64,000 bases of DNA, from contig BTWA01000003.1 of NCBI GenBank assembly GCA_045863295.1, positions 32,001-96,000 on the forward strand, given 5' to 3'. The first letter of the stretch is position 1; every line of letters starts with the position of its first letter. Under the pieces are notes generated by a model. It made no database searches. It worked only from the letters and a program-made list of their open reading frames with translations, and was not told where the DNA came from. Source of the DNA: Candidatus Hydrogenedentota bacterium. Its GTDB lineage: Bacteria > Hydrogenedentota > Hydrogenedentia > Hydrogenedentales > SLHB01. Position numbers and translations under genes: made by a program. Shown here in pieces: positions 20,393 to 30,784 of the stretch.

Positions 20393-21511
20393 TTATCCAT
20401 ACAACTCCATCGGCGCGATGCGATACGAAGGAAATACCGGGTTCAAATCCGTCACGCCGCTGTGCCACGTCATGACGGGAGCAATCACATCGCGGTAATT
20501 GTGATACACAGGCAAATCGCCCGGACCTTCCAGCACCTCGTTGTCCAGTCCCTTCCATTCGCCGTATACCCGCCCGCCCTTCACGTCGGCTCCCATAACC
20601 AGCATTACGCTCCCGCGCCCATGATCCGTTCCCAGAGAAGCGTTCTCATAGGTGCGCCGCCCAAACTCGGTCATGACAACCACCGTAGTATGCTTCATCA
20701 GCGCCCCCAAGTCACGGCGAAACGCCACCAGACCCTCCGCAAGCGATGTCATGTTCGGATCGATCAGACTGCCTTGGGCGAAGTGCGAATCCCAGCCGTC
20801 AAGGTCAATGCACGCCGCTTCCATGCCTACACGCGCTTTGATAAGCCGCGCAATCTGCATCATGCCGCGCCCAAACCGGTCATCCGGATATACCGCGCCA
20901 TCCGAAGGCATGTAACCCTTCCTCTGAAAGGTCTCTAGCCGGTGCAGCGCGGTTAGAGTCTGTCGGGCAACGAGACCCAATCCATTTGTTTCGCGCGCGT
21001 ACGCATCAGCGATCGCCCGCATAAACGGATCAGCATCCGAACCCAGGCCAAACTCCTCCAGCGACTCCATCGCCACAGCCCCCGGCGCGCCACGCAACGA
21101 TTCCGGCATGGTCTTTCCGATCGCCACCGCGGCGAGCGCTCCGGCCTCGCGCCCCGGCCGATGCCGCAAATACCGGCCCAGCCAGCCCCCGGCATCCCCG
21201 CCATGCTCCATCATGTCTTGCGCTTCAAAATGCGAACGCGTGGAATCTTCCGATCCCGCCTTATGGACAATCGCAAGCATCCCCTCCTCGTACAGTCGTC
21301 CTAGCGGCGAGAGCCTGGGATGCAATGCAAATACATCATTCAAGTAATAGGATTCCTTCCCTGAAACGCCGATGAGCGGCCGTGCACGGTAATACGCGGC
21401 ATCCTCCACCGGCGCTACCAAATGCAATCCGTCCGCGCCGCCGCGCAGAAATATCACAACAATCGACTTTTGCCAGTCGCCGTCGCCATTGATATACCCG
21501 GTATTCTGCAT
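20393..21511 (-). CDS. DUF1501 family protein
   Basis: FLRGGADGL, RSHFEAQ, GWDSH, MTEFGR...GTDHG motifs. GAGGAG SD. Confidence 0.85.
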   Translation of the reverse strand: MQNTGYINGDGDWQKSIVVIFLRGGADGLHLVAPVEDAAYYRARPLIGVSGKESYYLNDVFALHPRLSPLGRLYEEGMLAIVHKAGSEDSTRSHFEAQDMMEHGGDAGGWLGRYLRHRPGREAGALAAVAIGKTMPESLRGAPGAVAMESLEEFGLGSDADPFMRAIADAYARETNGLGLVARQTLTALHRLETFQRKGYMPSDGAVYPDDRFGRGMMQIARLIKARVGMEAACIDLDGWDSHFAQGSLIDPNMTSLAEGLVAFRRDLGALMKHTTVVVMTEFGRRTYENASLGTDHGRGSVMLVMGADVKGGRVYGEWKGLDNEVLEGPGDLPVYHNYRDVIAPVMTWHSGVTDLNPVFPSYRIAPMELYG

Positions 21512-21522
21512 GATCTCCTCAA

Positions 21523-23004
21523 TCAGCACTGCTGAAATGCCGGCGTCGCAATCAAAAATGCAGGTCCTTTCCCTGACGCCGTACACAGGTCCAATTCGCC
21601 CTTTGACGGAACACGTCCCAACAAGTGGGTCATCAGTCCCTCCGGCGACTGGGCCCACGCCTGCACCTTCGGCCAGTCCACTGTCGTACCCTCCACCCGG
21701 CCGTCGGCCAATGCGGCCGCAAAATGCCACCGCCAAAGCATCCCGCCATACCAGGGTTCCGGTTCGATTGGATAACCATCCGGCGTCGGATACTGAAACG
21801 GCGCGTGACCCATGCGCGTCAGGTAATCTTGCGCACCCGCGCTTCCATCCATGTCTGCGCCCGTTGCGCGTAACGCGCTCACCACAAAATGAAACGGCCG
21901 CTTGAACGACTGATTCGCTGAAGCCCAGAAGGTCTCATGCGAAAATAGTGCGCGCAATGTCGCCTTGATGTCGCCGTGCGATTGTTGAAACGCCGCCGTT
22001 ACGGCCTGTACAGCCGCTTCAGGCGGTACAACGGAAATAAACCGCCTGCACAGCTTTTCCGCGATGTATCGTGCCGTGGCCGGATGCCCGCATACAATGG
22101 TCACCAATCGATCCAAATCGCCCTGGCCGCCGCCCGCGGGAATCTGCTGGCCCAGCACCTTCTTTTCGCCATCGTCATGCCACTCCGCTCGAAATTCGAC
22201 GCGCCCCTTCCGGAACACTTCGTCGGATCGCACGTACCAGCCCGTCAAACAACGCGCCGCCTCCATCACATCCCGCTGTGAATATCCCCCGTGCACGCCC
22301 AACGTATGCAGCTCAAGCAACTCGCGCGCGTAATTCTCGTTGGGCTGCTCATCGGCCGTCGCGCGCCGGTTCACGCGCCCGTCGAGATACCACAACATCG
22401 CGGGACTAAGCACCGATGCCTTCACCATATCGGGAAAGCGGCCGAGCGCATGCTTGCGAATAACATCCCGGTCATCGGCTGCCTTCAACCAGGCACAGTC
22501 GCCTTTAGACGGCGACACATTAAAATGGTCCGTCCAAAACTCTACCAACACTTCCTGAAGCTGCCGCTTGCTGTACACGGCCCGCAAAACCGACGCCTCG
22601 CTCATCTCACGCAACAAATAGTCCTGCTTGTATTCGAACAGCGTACCAACCGGCGCGCTGAGACTCTCCAACCGCCGCACGCGCCAATCGCAATCGCTGT
22701 CATCAATGGATTCCGGATGTAGTTGCTCTTCCAGGTAGGCGTCGATCCCCAGGGCTCCCACCCGCGCATACTCTCCTGGCCATGGACCAAATGCGAACCG
22801 GTTCAACGCATGCGTAATCCGATCCGTCTGCGTCCCTGCCGGAAGCGACGCATCCCCAAAGGACGCCTCGGACGGATACAAAAGACCATTCAGCGACATG
22901 CGATCGCATCCAGCCGCCACCACGGAAGCAACAGCCGCCCCGAGGAAACCTCTCCGGGATACTTCGTTTCGCCTCATTACTGGTCTCATCACGCGCTCAC
23001 CCAA
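21523..23004 (-). CDS. DUF1800 family protein with Tat/lipoprotein signal
   Basis: SRRGFLG...AAGC signal, FWTDHF, PAMLWYLD, PNENYARELLELHTLG. Confidence 0.88.
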   Translation of the reverse strand: MGERVMRPVMRRNEVSRRGFLGAAVASVVAAGCDRMSLNGLLYPSEASFGDASLPAGTQTDRITHALNRFAFGPWPGEYARVGALGIDAYLEEQLHPESIDDSDCDWRVRRLESLSAPVGTLFEYKQDYLLREMSEASVLRAVYSKRQLQEVLVEFWTDHFNVSPSKGDCAWLKAADDRDVIRKHALGRFPDMVKASVLSPAMLWYLDGRVNRRATADEQPNENYARELLELHTLGVHGGYSQRDVMEAARCLTGWYVRSDEVFRKGRVEFRAEWHDDGEKKVLGQQIPAGGGQGDLDRLVTIVCGHPATARYIAEKLCRRFISVVPPEAAVQAVTAAFQQSHGDIKATLRALFSHETFWASANQSFKRPFHFVVSALRATGADMDGSAGAQDYLTRMGHAPFQYPTPDGYPIEPEPWYGGMLWRWHFAAALADGRVEGTTVDWPKVQAWAQSPEGLMTHLLGRVPSKGELDLCTASGKGPAFLIATPAFQQC

Positions 23005-23023
23005 TCCGTGTATCCCCTAATCT

Positions 23024-23056
23024 CACCTCCCTCCTTCGGAGGGGCTCGGGGAGGGG
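23024..23056. repeat. REP-like purine/pyrimidine-rich hairpin element
   Basis: cctccctccttcggaggggctcggggagggg, containing a cTTCGg tetraloop hairpin, intergenic within the operon. Confidence 0.45.
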
Positions 23057-23102
23057 AATACCTGGCTCGTCAATGGTCAATCCAATCTTCACAACCCGAC
23101 AC

Positions 23103-23639
23103 TCATGCCTGCAGCGCATTCGAACTCGAAGCCGCAACCGGTGCGGCCACCGGAGCTGGAGCCACCTGTGGCCGATTCCGGGACTGTGCCAACGCCCCAA
23201 TCCCAACCAGAAGCGCCAACGGCAACACGAAAAACCACCCAACCAGCGGCAGCACAAACGTTAAAGCCAACACTGTCCCGCCACGCAATACCCGCTTCCA
23301 CGGTTGTGCCACATCGTTCACCCCCGACAGTCGAAGCCCGATATGCCGCGCCAAGGCCGTCGATCCGAGTAGCCCGGATAGAAATACCCCACCAATCAAA
23401 ATCAGTCCCGGCAGCTTTAGCGGCGCTGGCGCGGAAGCCATCGCCAGCCCCACCACAGTCAGGGGCAATCCGGCCGCCAACCCGTACATAACCGATTTCC
23501 AAGGGTGGGAGGCCAATGCCCGGTGCGCCCGGCCCACCAGCGACGGAAAAATGGCCTCAAACAAGAGCCAATAACTCACAAATGAGATGATCAATCCCAG
23601 TATGATGAACAGAATCTTGAACACATCGGCCATAATCAT
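23103..23639 (-). CDS. Integral membrane protein (paralogue of 18586-19119)
   Basis: GGGGAG SD before ATG 23639, 4-5 hydrophobic helices. Confidence 0.75.
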   Translation of the reverse strand: MIMADVFKILFIILGLIISFVSYWLLFEAIFPSLVGRAHRALASHPWKSVMYGLAAGLPLTVVGLAMASAPAPLKLPGLILIGGVFLSGLLGSTALARHIGLRLSGVNDVAQPWKRVLRGGTVLALTFVLPLVGWFFVLPLALLVGIGALAQSRNRPQVAPAPVAAPVAASSSNALQA

Positions 23640-23693
23640 GGCTAGCTCTCCCCATGCAGGTTTCTCCCAAAATTGGGACGCCCGTATAACTGA

Positions 23694-23721
23694 ATACCGC
23701 GTAATCCCTCGTGAGGTTACA
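23694..23721 (-). promoter_or_regulatory. Candidate ECF-type promoter for the DUF1800/DUF1501/ECF operon
   Basis: Minus strand TGTAAC-N16-CGGTAT, about 55 nt upstream of ATG 23639. Matches the AAC/CG pattern of ECF promoters. Confidence 0.45.
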
Positions 23722-23834
23722 CCGGTTTGGAGGAAACTCCGGTTTGCTGGAGCATCGCGCATTGCTCCGAGTCGGCCATATTTGTACTATTCGGAAGACC
23801 CACATGACGATGCGCGACCGGAAAAGGTGCCTCT

Positions 23835-25289
23835 GTGACCACGAATCGGCCAAACATCCTGCTCCTGATGACCGATCAGCAGCGATTCGATTCCCTGGGA
23901 TGCTATGGGGTCCCCTTTGCGAATACCCCCAATCTGGATCACATGGCCGCGCAGGGGGTGGTTTATCAAAACTGTTATGTCAACAATCCTATTTGCACCC
24001 CCTCCCGCGCAAGCTTGTTCACGGGAAAGCATCTTCCGCAGCACGGCGTATTGCGGCTGCACGACAATCTCTCCCACAGCGAAACGCTCTTCCCGGCCCG
24101 CCTGAAAGAACGCGGATACACGACAGCCCTGTTCGGCAAACTCCACGTCTCCGCAATGGATACCGAGGTCAACACGCGCCACCCCAAGGATGGCTTCGAT
24201 GTTTATGAACCGTGCCTCGAAGGTTGCATGCGCATGGACGCCCCCTATCAGGCGTATGCCCGCTGGCTGGAACAAAAAGATCCGGATTTCTACGCGCGTC
24301 TCAAATCGGAAGGGCGAAAACTACTGCATCCCCCGCGCCAATACCACATGACCCATTGGGCTGCGGAAAGAACCGTCGATTATCTCACCCAGCGCGCCGC
24401 TCAGCCCAATCAGCCGTTCTTCTGCATGATGAGTATTTTCGAACCACACAACCCCTACGAGCACTATCCCTTGGAAATGGCGGCCCTGGTAAAGGATGCC
24501 GCCATTCCAGATCCAGTTACAGCAGGTCTGAAAGACGAACCCAGCGGAATACAACGAGAACGCACACACTCGTATCTCGGTGACATCGGCACCATGTCGC
24601 CAGGCGTAATCCGGAAAATGCGCCACGGGTACCACGCCTCCGTGGCCTATGCCGACCTGGAATTCGGTCGTGTATTAACCACACTTCAAGAGACGGGAAT
24701 GGCTGAAAATACCTTGGTCATTTTCACCAGTGATCACGGCGACATGCTGGGCGATCATCAACTCCTTGTCAAAGGGGCCTACTTCTTCGATCCGAACGTG
24801 CGCGTGCCACTGATCCTTCGGTGGCCAAATGCGATCCCATCGGCGCGGAGAATCGAGCCGCTCGTGCAACTGCATGACCTGGCCGCGACCATTCTCTCCG
24901 CCGCAGGAGTGGAATCCTCGGAATTGGTGAGTGTCATGCCGGATGCATATAACCTGCTGCCATTGGCGACTGGTGAAGTGCGGTCTGTGCGCGACCACGC
25001 CGTGTGTTGTTACCGCAACTCGGGAATTCAATGCGGGGGTGAATACTGGAGTCCGCCCATAAACGCGACCATGCTGCGAAGCACACGGTACAAGTTGAAC
25101 GTGTGGCACGACTCAACAAACCAGGGCGAATTGTATGACATGACCCAGGATCCAATGGAACTAGACAATCTGTGGCACGACGAAACGGCGCGCACTGTAC
25201 GCGACTCCCTCACCCTTTCGTTGAGCCAGTGGCTGGCCGAACACGGGGAAACGGAACTGAACTGTGCAGGAATCAATGTCTGCGATTGA
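23835..25289 (+). CDS. Sulfatase (Cys-type, no obvious signal peptide)
   Basis: PNILLLMTDQQR, CTPSRASLFTG (formylglycine motif CxPxR), GKLH, FTSDHGDMLGDH. Confidence 0.92.
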   Translation: MTTNRPNILLLMTDQQRFDSLGCYGVPFANTPNLDHMAAQGVVYQNCYVNNPICTPSRASLFTGKHLPQHGVLRLHDNLSHSETLFPARLKERGYTTALFGKLHVSAMDTEVNTRHPKDGFDVYEPCLEGCMRMDAPYQAYARWLEQKDPDFYARLKSEGRKLLHPPRQYHMTHWAAERTVDYLTQRAAQPNQPFFCMMSIFEPHNPYEHYPLEMAALVKDAAIPDPVTAGLKDEPSGIQRERTHSYLGDIGTMSPGVIRKMRHGYHASVAYADLEFGRVLTTLQETGMAENTLVIFTSDHGDMLGDHQLLVKGAYFFDPNVRVPLILRWPNAIPSARRIEPLVQLHDLAATILSAAGVESSELVSVMPDAYNLLPLATGEVRSVRDHAVCCYRNSGIQCGGEYWSPPINATMLRSTRYKLNVWHDSTNQGELYDMTQDPMELDNLWHDETARTVRDSLTLSLSQWLAEHGETELNCAGINVCD

Positions 25290-26052
25290 TACGGAAAGCC
25301 AACCCGTCACGCAAGCGAAACCTTGGGGCCCATGGGCCACTATCGGATTCGGCATCGTGATAGCGGGCGCATTCTTGCTGACTCAAATGGTTGTGGTAGT
25401 CGCAGGTGCCGTTGTTGAGATTCTCCAGGGAAACGCATTGAACCCATATGAGTTTGGAGAACGGCTCGAAACCTCTGGCGATTTTCTCGCCATCGCAACG
25501 TTTGCGACCGTGCCTGTGGTTGTGGGCTTGTGCGTCGCGGCGGCGGCATTGAAAAAGGGAATCACCGTGCGTGAGTACCTTGGCCTCCACTGGGTTCCCG
25601 GAAAAGTAGCGATCAAATGGATTCTCGCCGTGTTCGCCTTCGCAATCTGCAGCGATTTGTTGTCATTCCTGCTGGGCCGCCCGATGATCCCGGACTTCAT
25701 GCGAACCGTCATTCAATCCACAACTTTCTTGCCGCTTTTGGCTGCCGCGCTAGTAGTCGCCGCACCACTTACCGAAGAGTTCTTTTTTCGCGGGTTCCTG
25801 TTCAAGGGTATGGAAAACACCCGGCTCCGCGGTGCAGGCACTGTAATCCTCACGTCCGTTCTTTGGGCGGTTATACACATACAATACGACTGGTACGGCG
25901 TCGTCACAATCATCGTCATCGGTCTTGTCATCGGGTCCGCCAGACATAAGACGAAGTCCGTCCCTCTGTGTATCGCCCTGCATAGCCTCGTCAATCTAAT
26001 TTCGACCGTTGAGTCCTACGTGCTTATGCAAATGCTGCCTCCTCCAGCCTGA
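25276..26052 (+). CDS. CPBP (Abi/CAAX) family intramembrane glutamic protease
   Basis: EEFFFRG, WAVIH, H...N motifs, multiple TM helices. Confidence 0.9.
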   Translation: MSAIDTESQPVTQAKPWGPWATIGFGIVIAGAFLLTQMVVVVAGAVVEILQGNALNPYEFGERLETSGDFLAIATFATVPVVVGLCVAAAALKKGITVREYLGLHWVPGKVAIKWILAVFAFAICSDLLSFLLGRPMIPDFMRTVIQSTTFLPLLAAALVVAAPLTEEFFFRGFLFKGMENTRLRGAGTVILTSVLWAVIHIQYDWYGVVTIIVIGLVIGSARHKTKSVPLCIALHSLVNLISTVESYVLMQMLPPPA

Positions 26053-26141
26053 AGCTCAGCCGAAGGACTTGGCATGTTTTCAAGTTCATCCAGTGCGCAT
26101 TGGCGTAAGATATTGTAGATTCTAACGAAGGATATCTTCCT

Positions 26142-26756
26142 ATGCGGCTGTCTGGATGGAACATAACGGGATTCGTGGCACTGGGAATCGCGGCACTATT
26201 CTCCGTGGTTTTCCTGTGGATGGGATTTACTGAGGACGCGGTCCGTCTGCTTGTTCGCGATACCGCACGTATATCCGTCACGCTGTTCACTGCCTCGTTC
26301 ATCGCGTCCAGCATACACACACTCGTCCAACGCAGTTGGACCGCGTGGTTGATGCAAAACCGGCGCTATATCGGCGTGTCGTTCGCTACCGCGCACGCGG
26401 CCCACATGGCTTTGTTGGTCTGCCTTTACGTAAAGTTTCCACATCCATTCAGGGAGTATTTGGACGCAACAACCCTGATTGGAGGAGGCGTCGCCTATGC
26501 CGTTATCGCGCTCATGGCAATTACGTCATTCGACCGTACCGCCGGTCTGATTGGCCCGAGCGCGTGGAGCGCGCTACACACTTTTGGCGCGTACTACATT
26601 TGGATTCTCTTCGCCCAGGCGTACATTCCACGCGCAATCCGCGATCCCTTGTACATACCTATCACCGGAATGGTCATCCTCTCACTGGGTGTGCGAGCTG
26701 CGGCCTGGCGTGCCAAACGCGTTCACACTGCAGCCGAAAGAGCATCCGCCACGTAG
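26142..26756 (+). CDS. Ferric-reductase-like (MsrQ-like) haem-binding membrane protein
   Basis: NRRYIGVSFATAHAAH, MAITS, W..LH motifs, about 6 TM helices. Confidence 0.65.
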   Translation: MRLSGWNITGFVALGIAALFSVVFLWMGFTEDAVRLLVRDTARISVTLFTASFIASSIHTLVQRSWTAWLMQNRRYIGVSFATAHAAHMALLVCLYVKFPHPFREYLDATTLIGGGVAYAVIALMAITSFDRTAGLIGPSAWSALHTFGAYYIWILFAQAYIPRAIRDPLYIPITGMVILSLGVRAAAWRAKRVHTAAERASAT

Positions 26757-26773
26757 TCGGAAACCCCTGAGGC

Positions 26774-27325
26774 TCAATCATCAATAAGCGCCGCCTCTTT
26801 TAAGGAAATGGGCTTGTGCTTTTGGATGTCCACTGCCGACGCCCGCTGATTCGCATTAGGCTCGAATGCATCCACCAATGCCATCGTCACATCCACTCGC
26901 ACCGCGTTCGGATATTTCGCCAAGGTCGCATCGTCCCACTTCGACACCAACACCTCAACATTTGCCGCCTTTTGAATGTCCGGCAGCCTAGCCTCAATGT
27001 GTTTGAGTATGTCGTCCACAGGCGCAGTGCTGAATCCTTGCATGTGCAACTTCTTCTGACCTTCTTTTCCTTGACGTTCCAGTTCAGCCTTAAGCACGGA
27101 GTCCCCCGACTTTTTCGCCGCCTCGTAGTCCGCATGCAGCTTTTTGTTTAACTCGCCAAACACGTTTGACCCCGCATAGGCTATCGCCACAGATCGCGAG
27201 TCATAAATCCCAATTCGCGGGCCTCCTGCACCCTCGTCGGCACCCTGCACGGCGGGCTTGGTTCCGTCTGCCGCGCATCCACAGATCGCCAGTGTTAACA
27301 GGGTCGTCAATCCCAAGGTTCTCAT
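26774..27325 (-). CDS. Putative lipoprotein, distantly Skp/OmpH-like
   Basis: AAGGAGG SD, lipobox AICGC, RIGIYDSRSV start and VDVT end, helical core. Confidence 0.5.
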   Translation of the reverse strand: MRTLGLTTLLTLAICGCAADGTKPAVQGADEGAGGPRIGIYDSRSVAIAYAGSNVFGELNKKLHADYEAAKKSGDSVLKAELERQGKEGQKKLHMQGFSTAPVDDILKHIEARLPDIQKAANVEVLVSKWDDATLAKYPNAVRVDVTMALVDAFEPNANQRASAVDIQKHKPISLKEAALIDD

Positions 27326-27475
27326 GTCGAAATCCTCCTTGGTTATTGCAGTTTATATGTATACTGTATAAGATCATCTTAAAATTGTCAACGGCCTAGG
27401 GCTAAGAAGTGGCAATTTCAGAAAAACACCCCCATATCTTCCATAAAGCACTTAAAATAAATACGTTGCGTTAAA

Positions 27476-28054
27476 TCATCCAAGAATATCAGACAGCTGG
27501 TTTCGCAATTCAGCGGCATCCCGGGCCACACCGGCACGCCCACTGAATGATCGCTCCAGACTGGCCGCGTTCTCACCGTCCACTAACGCCGTTCCAAGAA
27601 ATAGTATTACGGGTCGCCCATAATCGACCGCCAACTCAAGTTCGCTCCGGGTACCGGACTCCCCCGGAAGAACGACGATCACAGCGGGTGTCAGCACATT
27701 GATATGGTTGCGGCTGAGTAGGTCCTTGCCTTGCCTACCGCTCAATGGCAGGTGTGTGAAGATGGGGAGTTCAACGAACTCATTGGGGCCTCTCGCGGTG
27801 TACGTCCGGCTGGAACTGGATGAGTCCCACCGGCTTTCTCCACGAATAACACCTATGGACAAACCGGCTCGAAGAGGCACACAAACAAACGCCTTCGCGA
27901 CAGCAGCCATCACCCCGCCTCCGCCCCCGGTCAAAAGGTCGCAGCCCAACTCACCAATGACACGACCGGCTTCCTCCGACAAAGCCTGGTGAGCGTCTGT
28001 TCCCGATCCCATGACCCCAACAACACGCCGACGCAATACTGGATTAATTGTCAT
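27476..28054 (-). CDS. SLOG/LOG-family Rossmann-fold protein (TIGR00725 / Moco-carrier-like)
   Basis: VGVMGSG, LLTGGGGGVMAAV, SRNHINVL, LPGESGTRSEL. Confidence 0.75.
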   Translation of the reverse strand: MTINPVLRRRVVGVMGSGTDAHQALSEEAGRVIGELGCDLLTGGGGGVMAAVAKAFVCVPLRAGLSIGVIRGESRWDSSSSSRTYTARGPNEFVELPIFTHLPLSGRQGKDLLSRNHINVLTPAVIVVLPGESGTRSELELAVDYGRPVILFLGTALVDGENAASLERSFSGRAGVARDAAELRNQLSDILG

Positions 28055-28104
28055 ATCTACACTCCGCTTGAGTTATTGACTTCGCTACCTCTACCATCGC
28101 CTTT

Positions 28105-30447
28105 ATGCCGACCCGCTCACGTGCAATCGCGACACTCTTATTCTACTGCGGCTACGCAGGGTTCACAGCGCCCGCCGAATCCTTGTACGTGTCCCCGGAT
28201 GGCCACGACACGAATCCGGGGTCCGAAGACCGGCCATTTGCCTCCATCGATCGCGCCCGGGATGAAATCCGTATGCGAAAACAAGACCAAAGAGCGTCTT
28301 TCACCGTATTTCTGCGTGCCGGCACGTATCGTGTAAATTCGCCCGTCGTGTTTGATGAATCCGACTCAGGTTCCGAGAGTCATCCCGTTACATACCGCAA
28401 CTACGAGGGGGAACAACCAGTCGTATCCGGTTGCCTGCCAATAATAGGCTGGACGCCTCATCAAAACGGAATCTTGAAGGCGGCACTTCCGCAAATCGAA
28501 CGCGTGAAGGATGGAGTGATCCAAGTTTTTGAAGACAGTGTCCCGGGAACGCTCGCCCGATCGCCTAACGAAGGTTGGTTCCGGCTGGCCGATCCGCACA
28601 TCGAACCTGGATGGTCTTTCAGGTACAAAGACGGCGATTTCGATCCCTCGGGGATGGATGTCTCGCAGCTAGCCGTGCATCTTATCCAGATGGGCACCTA
28701 TTTTTCGGAACACATCCCCATCAAATGCGTCGATGCAACGGCCCGGCGGTTGCACACAGAGTTTAAGATGCACGACGCGTTCTACAATCCGGTGAATGGA
28801 AAGTGCTACACAATTGAGAACGCGCTCGGACTGCTGGATGCGCCCGGTGAGTTCTTCGCGGATCGGCAGTCAAAGATCCTCTATTACATGCCCATGGCCA
28901 ACGGCAAGGCCAACGCAAACATCGTTGCGGACACCGCCGCAGGCTTGATTCGTGTCCAAGGCAAAGACAAGGACAACCCGGCGCACGACATCTCTTTTGA
29001 GGGCATACAATTTGAAGGAAGCCGGACGCAATTGGCCTTGCTGCACACCCTCCGCATTGCCGTGCGGGACTGCAGGTTTCTTTACGCGGGCGACTCGGCG
29101 ATCTCCATCAGCGGCGGATCAACATTCAACACGGTGGAAGGCTGTGAAATTGCAGGCCCCGGCAATAATGGCATTGCCATTCACGGCGAGTACACGCGCT
29201 CCGAAACGGGACCGGCCACGGTACACAATCATCACCACACCATATATGACAACCATATTCACCATGTCGGCCGCAACACAATTACTGGCTGCGGCATCGC
29301 CATGTACTCCTCGGCGAACGACAATTCGATCACGCACAACCTGATTACCGATGCACCCAAATCCGGCATTATTATGTTTTCCATGTGGGATATCCCCCGC
29401 GAACTCGGCATCATGAACAATAACGCCATCGCAAATAACGAAATCGCGCGCTGCGTCAGCAGTTCATGGGACGGAGGCGCCTTCTACATCGGCGCAACCA
29501 CCGAAAACAACAGGTTCGAAAACAACCGCATCTGCGATGTCTGGTCCTGGTTCAACGCGACATGGCCACAGCCCGAGGATCGTCCCGAAGACGTCTGCTC
29601 GATCGACTTTGATCCCGGTATGACGTTTAACACGCACATCCGCAATAACGCCGCCTTCGGCGCAAATGCCATGATCGTCGAATTCGGTCGATACGAAGAC
29701 GAAACAATGCTTGAAAACAACTATTTTGAATCACCCGGCCATCCAGACGAAATCCTCGTTAATGGCAAATGGGAGAAGAATCCACGTTTCGACGCTTCCA
29801 AAGTCGCTCCAGATATCGGCCTGACCACTCAATACAAATTCCTTTACCCCAAAGAGATCATCCGCCCGATCAATCTGCCGGTTCGCTGTGGATTCGAAGG
29901 TACGCTGAGTCCGTTCTACCTCTATCGTTACTCGGACGGCCTCCGCCATGAGTACATCGCAAACTCGAATGTTCACGCCGGCGGCTGGACCCTGCAAATC
30001 GACAAGGATGTCGTCGTCGCGCGCTACACACACCCACAACCCATCCCGGCAAAGGTGACCGTCTGGATGTACGACGACCGATCGAAGACCAACGCTACAT
30101 GCACAGCCACCCTGCGCGGCCCCGCGGCAATTGAAGAAGCAGTAATTGCACTCGGAGTACACGGTTCCATTTCCCCAAGCTACTACGTGGTCCAGGAATG
30201 GCAAGATCGCATAACCCCAACCGCAATTCCGCGCACCACCGGATGGCACAAACTAACATTTGACATCCACGAAACGGATCATCACAACTCAACTCCCCAC
30301 AACCTGCCAATTACAGAAATCTCCCTCGACGACAAGCCCGTCGCGCAAATCCCCACATTCAAGTCGTTCACCACGATCGACCTCGGCGATTCGCAATTCA
30401 ATACCGACAGCCGTGGATTACGCTTTGACTCGGTATCGGTGGAATAA
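28105..30447 (+). CDS. Secreted right-handed parallel beta-helix protein (putative glycan hydrolase/lyase)
   Basis: LYVSPDGHDTNPGS...PFASI, LRAGTY, IENALGLLDAPGEF, repeated N.I.HN.I beta-helix rungs. Confidence 0.75.
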   Translation: MPTRSRAIATLLFYCGYAGFTAPAESLYVSPDGHDTNPGSEDRPFASIDRARDEIRMRKQDQRASFTVFLRAGTYRVNSPVVFDESDSGSESHPVTYRNYEGEQPVVSGCLPIIGWTPHQNGILKAALPQIERVKDGVIQVFEDSVPGTLARSPNEGWFRLADPHIEPGWSFRYKDGDFDPSGMDVSQLAVHLIQMGTYFSEHIPIKCVDATARRLHTEFKMHDAFYNPVNGKCYTIENALGLLDAPGEFFADRQSKILYYMPMANGKANANIVADTAAGLIRVQGKDKDNPAHDISFEGIQFEGSRTQLALLHTLRIAVRDCRFLYAGDSAISISGGSTFNTVEGCEIAGPGNNGIAIHGEYTRSETGPATVHNHHHTIYDNHIHHVGRNTITGCGIAMYSSANDNSITHNLITDAPKSGIIMFSMWDIPRELGIMNNNAIANNEIARCVSSSWDGGAFYIGATTENNRFENNRICDVWSWFNATWPQPEDRPEDVCSIDFDPGMTFNTHIRNNAAFGANAMIVEFGRYEDETMLENNYFESPGHPDEILVNGKWEKNPRFDASKVAPDIGLTTQYKFLYPKEIIRPINLPVRCGFEGTLSPFYLYRYSDGLRHEYIANSNVHAGGWTLQIDKDVVVARYTHPQPIPAKVTVWMYDDRSKTNATCTATLRGPAAIEEAVIALGVHGSISPSYYVVQEWQDRITPTAIPRTTGWHKLTFDIHETDHHNSTPHNLPITEISLDDKPVAQIPTFKSFTTIDLGDSQFNTDSRGLRFDSVSVE

Positions 30448-30784
30448 CGCTGAATCCATTCTGGTGTGTCTTGCGATTAGCAAGAATCGGTACGCTCGAA
30501 GTGACAATGTTCTGTACATGAATTGTTCAATATCTGATATTTACGCGGAGAACACGGTCTCGACTGGGTTTTCCGGGGCCGTCGGCCGGGCTCTCCGGTG
30601 GCGGTCCTGCAGCCTTGAGGGTTTGGCAGTCTCAATTGCGTACCTCCCCGCCATGGTGCCGTTACTATCGTGCGTAGCAACCGGCGCTTTATTTCGTGCA
30701 CATATTCGCAAATTGAAATAGTGGTGCAAGGTCGCCTAAACTACCCCTTTTACAACCCCCTCCCCCTATAAGGAGTCTCGTGCT

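Noticed and set aside
25276..26052. CPBP/Abi protease as immunity or processing factor for the Trp-rich peptides
   Set aside because: It is 7 kb away, translationally linked to a sulfatase and separated by unrelated genes. Nothing in the sequence links it to the peptides.
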